Assembly (NCBI GenBank): GCA_020891255.1
Contig: BQFW01000002.1
Coordinates: 2,976,001 to 3,040,000 of the forward strand
Direction of reading: 5' to 3'
From: Entomortierella parvispora E1425
Taxonomy: Eukaryota; Fungi; Mortierellomycota
Length of the DNA stretch: 64,000 nt
This document shows positions 58,682 through 64,000 of the stretch, piece after piece (the first letter of the stretch is position 1; each line of letters starts with the position of its first letter). The position numbers were made by a program, and so were the translations under genes. The notes beneath the pieces were generated by a model. It ran no database searches. It had not been told where the DNA came from and saw only the letters and a list, made by a program, of their open reading frames with translations.

Positions 58682-61207
58682 ATGCTTCCTGGCCATCATC
58701 ACACGACCTCCATTCCAGACAGACTGGGACCGCGCTCGGGCTCGGGCTCAGGCTCAGGCTCAGGTCCTGGCTCGGTCGCTGGCGGACAATATCCATTCAG
58801 GCATAGCAATGGCAGCAATGCCAGTCTACCATCTGATCATCACTCTGCAAGACCACAGCGGTCCAGCAGGCGGGCCATTCCTACCCCTGGCTCGTCATTC
58901 TCTCAGATGACTTTACATGACAATGCCTCGAACCCCAACATCTCCATCGAGAACATGGAATCTCAGCGACCGGCGAACAGAAGATCGAATCGCGATTTTC
59001 GAATCATCCCCTCGACAGAAGATGATAGCAATGACCAATTTAACCTCAAGGATAGTATTCGTCACAGCCAGACTGTGCACAAGAACTCGACCGGCCCTGA
59101 GGTTCGACAGCGCAACAGCAACAGGACAAGTCTCATCACCAGCAGCAATAACAGCGCGAGTCAATCGCAGCTCAAGTTGCCTGCTCTGCTTCCCGAGCCC
59201 TTGGAGGACGAAGAGGACTACTTTGGCGACATCCTAGACAAGTACTGCAACTCGGACGAAGACCCAATCTCGCCCATGACAGCGTCTCCAACATCTCCCT
59301 TTTCGTCAGCCCCCAGTTGGAAGTCCTTGAGGACAGCACAACCACCGACGCCGCCAGTTTCGCGCTCTTACAAAACACATCTGAACCAAAACGAAACCGT
59401 CCCCCCAAGACGGTCAGCAGCAACAAACAACGAGACCGATGCTCTCAGGACTCGCCTGACTGAAGTGGAAACACAGGATTTAGGGAGAAACAACAATGGA
59501 TATGCTCGTAGCCGTAATATGAACGGCTCTGATTCTGCAATCTCGTCGTCACCAATGAATGCTGCTACGGCAAAGTTCAACATGTATCTTCAGCCAAGTA
59601 GCAACAGGGAGAGTCGCGACTCACTCTCCAGATCATCGCCCAATTCCTCGCCATTGCTGCCTTCAGTACAGTTGTCGTCTTCAAGTTCTGCTGGCTCTAC
59701 ATCTTCGCTTGTTACTCGGTCGTATGCAAAGAGGCCGCCGCCATTGCCCAAGGATAGTCCATCGAATTCCCCTGGATCAACGACGGCTACTTCTCCTGCC
59801 CAGGGAAGGGAATCCGCTGTAAGCCGTGAGTCCAGGAGCTCTTCATTAGGACTATCGTCGTCAATGCACGACAACTCGCGAGAGTCGCGACCAGAACCTC
59901 CACCAAAGGATACCTCTAGGAGACACCACAGTAGCAACGGCAACACCACTGGCAGCAATATCAACAGTCAGCCACCCTTCCTTTCCATTGACACTCACCA
60001 TGGGCCTTCAAACAATTTTGCATCTGTGGTTGAAGCCACAATGAACCGACACAAGGTCAACACCTCTATCTCCAGCACCTCCTCTGGAACCTTTAGTTAT
60101 TCAGACCCAACATATCAGCCCCAGCTTCAGCCTCAGCCTCAACCGTCGTCTAGAACAAAGACAATTTCGGGTCATTCTGTGCAATCAGACCAAGGGTTAC
60201 ATAGTGGAAACGGGTATATGTCCGAGAAATATTCTCATCGCAGCACACCGGACTCTCATCATCACCGTTCCTCAGAAGGATATGCGCAGGGGTATAAGAA
60301 TCATCAGTCATCGACTCCGCATGGGCATCATGATCGAACCTCCCAGTCAAAGTCCCACCGTCCATCTCTGAACAGTCACCAGAGCGGTCCCACTCCGAAT
60401 CCCTACCAAGACAACTCGCACTATCGTAAACACGGAGGGTCTATGTCACAGCTGGACCTGCTTGGATCGATGCAGAGGCCTCACAGCGGCAGTAGCTCTA
60501 ATCCCACTGTCCCGACTGTCAGTGAGCGGTCAAGATCACATAGCCATGGATCTGTCTCGACTACCAATTCATCCCGTATGGGGCTAGGGTATGGCAAAGG
60601 ATTGAAACCAGCTATCCTAAAGACACCAATTGCGCGCGCTCGTGCCAAGGAGATGCATGGTCCTCGTAAAGTCATTTTTGGAGATATGATTACGATTGTA
60701 ACCATCGAGCGAGCCGAGACACCACCACCCCTCCCACCAGTGGATAAGAAGCAAAAGAAGAAACAAATGCAACAGTCCAAGAAATTGGCGGCCGCAAAGG
60801 ATGGAAAAGGAGGTCAACAACAGAACTTTGATCCCGAATACAACGCCGAGTATTACAACGCGCCCTATACCCCAGTCCCAGCCGAGGTCGTCGTTACTCT
60901 AGCGCCATGGATTGGAAACCCCAACTACGACGAAGAGAAACAAAACTCAAAGTTCTATTACGAGGACGACTACGAGTATGACGACGACGAGTACGAGACA
61001 CCTTACGAGTCGGACATCCGATTGGGACCCGAGGATGACGACGAGGATGACGACGAGGATGACGACGAGGATGAAGATGAGGACGATGAGGAAGGTGGAT
61101 CCCACGTCTGGGGCCACGGCATCGGTGGCGGTGGTGGAACCTTTCCCAAGAAGAAGGGCGGCATGTTCAAGTTTAAGAGGGCCGTCAACCGCCTGCTGCG
61201 AAACTAG
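58682..61207 (+). CDS. Ser-rich disordered protein with RVxF-type PP1-docking motif and acidic C-terminus
   Basis: 841-aa single ORF; EDYFGDILDKY helix; KPAILK...RKVIFGDMITIVTIER (60665-60679); D/E tract; C-terminal amphipathic GMFKFKRAVNRLLRN. Confidence 0.72.
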   Translation: MLPGHHHTTSIPDRLGPRSGSGSGSGSGPGSVAGGQYPFRHSNGSNASLPSDHHSARPQRSSRRAIPTPGSSFSQMTLHDNASNPNISIENMESQRPANRRSNRDFRIIPSTEDDSNDQFNLKDSIRHSQTVHKNSTGPEVRQRNSNRTSLITSSNNSASQSQLKLPALLPEPLEDEEDYFGDILDKYCNSDEDPISPMTASPTSPFSSAPSWKSLRTAQPPTPPVSRSYKTHLNQNETVPPRRSAATNNETDALRTRLTEVETQDLGRNNNGYARSRNMNGSDSAISSSPMNAATAKFNMYLQPSSNRESRDSLSRSSPNSSPLLPSVQLSSSSSAGSTSSLVTRSYAKRPPPLPKDSPSNSPGSTTATSPAQGRESAVSRESRSSSLGLSSSMHDNSRESRPEPPPKDTSRRHHSSNGNTTGSNINSQPPFLSIDTHHGPSNNFASVVEATMNRHKVNTSISSTSSGTFSYSDPTYQPQLQPQPQPSSRTKTISGHSVQSDQGLHSGNGYMSEKYSHRSTPDSHHHRSSEGYAQGYKNHQSSTPHGHHDRTSQSKSHRPSLNSHQSGPTPNPYQDNSHYRKHGGSMSQLDLLGSMQRPHSGSSSNPTVPTVSERSRSHSHGSVSTTNSSRMGLGYGKGLKPAILKTPIARARAKEMHGPRKVIFGDMITIVTIERAETPPPLPPVDKKQKKKQMQQSKKLAAAKDGKGGQQQNFDPEYNAEYYNAPYTPVPAEVVVTLAPWIGNPNYDEEKQNSKFYYEDDYEYDDDEYETPYESDIRLGPEDDDEDDDEDDDEDEDEDDEEGGSHVWGHGIGGGGGTFPKKKGGMFKFKRAVNRLLRN

Positions 61208-61335
61208 ATCTTTTGTCACTCTGTTCATGAAAAGCATTTTTTGTAACATATTTATTGCCAAATACAGGCGTGCTTTGACAGGCGCAACGACTTCGCAAAA
61301 TGATTAAGAAAAGGCATTGGATGACTACATGACTC

Positions 61336-62105
61336 TTATGCATCTTCCTGTTTATCTGAAGCATCCGTGAGACCTTGAAGGAGTTTTTGGAGAGCGTTTT
61401 CGTTGGCCTCCTTGAGCTCTTGTTCTTTTCGTTGTTTGATCCGGCGTAGCTCCTCCAAAGCTGCCGCCTGTTGTGCCATGCGCACTGCCGCCACAGTGGC
61501 GGACGTGGACGAGATTTTCGATAAACGGTATTCGACTGGAGAAGGATCTGGACAGTGGGCCTCCCCAACGTGCGCGCCCTCTTGGTCTGGAGACATTGGA
61601 TTGGCATGCGTTACTAGGTCTGGCACGGGCTGGGCAGCAGCAGAGGAAATAGGCCCTGCGTCCGGTGTTGATGATGATGATGAGGGGTTGAATGCTAAAG
61701 GGTATCGAGGAGCAGGTCGTGATAATCCTGCGGGAGCCGGATTCAAAGAGGCAATGGCCGCTGCGTCTCCCACCAAAGGGGCGACGTCTCGGGGGATCTG
61801 CCATTTTTTCTCACTATCGAAATCGTCATCGCATTTGCAGATCTGCTCCAGAGGTAAGCCTTCGAGGACCTCTGTAATGTGTAATCCGCATCCTACGCCA
61901 TGATAGTACGATACAAAAAATGCTCACAGTTAGAACAGTCATGGTACAAAAGTTACAGATGAAGAACAGAAACGACCTTCTGTCTCCATCACGTCGCGGT
62001 TTTTTGACCGAAGCATGTTTTCCCTCTTTGAAACAAGCTTTTCTTTGGAGCCATACCCGTCCACGTAAACTTTCCACAGTCCTGGCAAGTTATTCGTTTG
62101 CACAT
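61336..62105 (-). CDS. Small Cys-rich (putative Zn-binding) domain with C-terminal extension
   Basis: Exon 62105-62057 MCKRITCQDCGKFTWTG, intron 62056-61893, then CGLHITEVLEGLPLEQICKC. This fits the MCxxxxCxxCxKxTWxGCGxH...C microprotein pattern. Followed by a P/A-rich linker and coiled coil. Confidence 0.8.
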
Positions 62106-63404
62106 GATTACTTGTCGTTGTTGTTTGCAAGGCTGGTACAAGAGATGAGATGATGGTAATGGTGTCTTTGTTTCCAGGGGGCGACGGGAAGGGAATGAGC
62201 AAATGAATGTCAACAGAGAATGATGGGTGGATGGATGGGAAGTGAAAAAAGGGTCTGTCAGCCCTTCTCAGGACCAGGAGGGTAGGTTGGGTCACTATTT
62301 CCTGGCAATGTCCGAGAACGCTATTTCCGAGCAAATAAAAATCACGTGCTGGCTTTCTTTTTGGGCGATCTGATCGCCACCTCTTCATGATTTGAAAAAG
62401 ATATCTGACCATGCCGGTCTTAAGAGCAAGAACACAACAGCAACAGGGTAAAGAAGAGCCTCAGACTCAGTAGCGGTGGGGAAACGGGCCCTCAAGGGAC
62501 CTTGCATTGTGCGATTCTGCGGAGTCAAAAGTGTGCAGGGCAGCATGCACGACGAGTACTTTGAGAGCAACTCTTATCGTCAAGTTTCCATGGGAGACAT
62601 TGTTCTAGAGCGATGCTTATGTGAAGCATCTTGTTCTTTGAGAATTGGCTGGGTGTAGGCGAGGGGTTCATTGCGGAAGGCAACAGGGTAACAGAATTCA
62701 ACATCTTTGTTGCCCGGCTCTTACGACCCGTATTCCTTTTCACGCGTTCGTGGAGGTGCCCCTGATTGGGTGGGCCGTTGTTCTCAGGCAACAAACGATT
62801 CGCTCTTCTTCATGGGGACTCATCCATAACAGCAATTGACAACCAAAGGTTTTGCCGGGAGTGCCCAAGTTGACAAAAGGTCCAGCCAATGAACTGGCAG
62901 AATAGTGTCCTTCTTGTTGAGAAAAAGAAAAACGAGAGCCACGGGCAAAACGCGCGGACTTCACGGGAATGCATGGGGCCGTCATTTTTTTTTGTTTTTG
63001 ATCGATTTTGGCATTTTCTGTCCTCTCGCTCTACCCACTAAAAACGCAATTATTCCTAATATGGGCTCAAACGCAGATGGTGCAAACCTTTTGGTTCTTG
63101 CTGCTATCCAAGCGCTACTCAAAATGACCGTTGTCTGTCCACAGCGGACCCCGCCATGTGTATTTTATTGGCTGTCAGTGCACCCGACTCCTGTGAGGCT
63201 CTTCTTGCACACCGTTGCACACCGTACCTGGAGAGAAATACGCTCCGACTCGTATTCTCCAAGTTCTCTCCATGGGAATGGAAATCAACTGTGAGCACAA
63301 CCGTGGGCAAACAGGTGCATCAACGTGCAAAAGCAACAACGCTTTTCTTGGCTGCCTCACCCAGCATCCACTTGATTAGAGTCGGACTCCATGCTGGAAA
63401 GGGA

Positions 63405-63413
63405 TATAAAAAG
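63405..63413 (+). promoter_or_regulatory. TATA box of the secreted phosphoesterase gene
   Basis: TATAAAAAG 101 nt upstream of ATG 63506. Confidence 0.6.
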
Positions 63414-63505
63414 ACCATCACTTCCCACCAGCCTTCTTTCTTCTCTTTTTCTCTCCCTTGTCTTCCAACCCCCTTACTCTTTTCTCCCCAACTGACCTAA
63501 TCACC

Positions 63506-64000
63506 ATGCGTTATTTGACGCTTTTGCCCGTCCTGGCTATTGCCGTGGCCGCACATGGAACCTTTGAGAAGCGTGCCCAGCCGGGCGTCCCCCAGCCTGT
63601 CCCCGTCGACCTCCGTCCTTTGACTTGGGGAGACGTGAACATCATCCAAACAACTGGTAAGAATTAGCCCGAGAACAGCCGAACCAGATCCCCGGATAAT
63701 GTTGCTGAACTCTCCATCCTCTCTTTTTATTCTCGGTAGACACTCACGGATGGTTGGAAGGGTAAATTTTTGGCTGAAACCTTGGATGACCTGAGAGGAT
63801 CTCCTGCCATTAAAGGATCACAACTCATCCTCCCCTCTCTTTTTCTTTATTTCAGTCACATCCAGGAGGCCTCCTACTCGGCCGACTTTGGTGACTTTGC
63901 TTCGTTCCTGTACCACATGCGCCAGCAGGCCGACCACCGTCGCAAGGATCTTATGGTTGTCGATTCTGGAGGTAGGGTAGAAATCGGTCTTTTCTTGGCC
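63506..64000 (+). CDS. Secreted calcineurin-like metallophosphoesterase / 5'-nucleotidase family (YHR202W-like), 5' part; runs off the window end
   Basis: Signal peptide MRYLTLLPVLAIAVAA; spliced LTWGDVNIIQTT-DTHGWLEG-HIQEASYSADFGDFASFLYHMRQQADHRRKDLMVVDSG, containing DxH and the start of the second metal motif. Confidence 0.88.

Noticed and set aside
1-64000. Numerous antisense or overlapping ORFs (for example 25668-26912 -, 46828-47583 +, 9415-9939 -) and L/S/F- or R/E/K-rich ORFs
   Set aside because: They are shadows of real CDSs on the opposite strand or translations of CT/GA microsatellites.
1-64000. Transposable element or viral insertion
   Set aside because: No transposase, RT, integrase or capsid motifs, and no LTR/TIR pairs, were visible by eye. 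Only the 35.7-37.0 kb spacer is mildly suspicious.

Overview
Eukaryotic, intron-rich fungal genomic DNA; gene content, intron style and CT/GA-rich promoters suggest an early-diverging fungus, probably Mortierellaceae (inference). I reconstructed 22 protein-coding genes by splicing exons by hand, because the ORF track splits or misses several. Conserved genes: MOB2 (partial), TBRG1-like FYRN/FYRC protein, PPZ-type phosphatase, LSB1/PIN3-like SH3 protein, PTAR1-like prenyltransferase alpha subunit, SAR1, DSC2/UBAC2, cytosolic AspRS, KRI1 and a secreted calcineurin-like phosphoesterase (partial). The most notable items are: (1) a four-exon Frizzled/Smoothened-like (class F) GPCR with a cysteine-rich domain (CRD); (2) three co-oriented, highly diverged transcription factors at 12.6-27 kb that share an unusual C2H2 + C2HC finger pair; (3) an intronless secreted His1 LPMO-like gene between two of those factors; (4) an unannotated ~260-nt Pol III-type structured RNA at ~28.2-28.4 kb, SRP-RNA-like with a tRNA-shaped 5' part; (5) a hidden winged-helix (HARE-HTH-like) exon; (6) two neighbouring secreted tandem-repeat proteins. 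I found no recognisable transposon, CRISPR array or rRNA.
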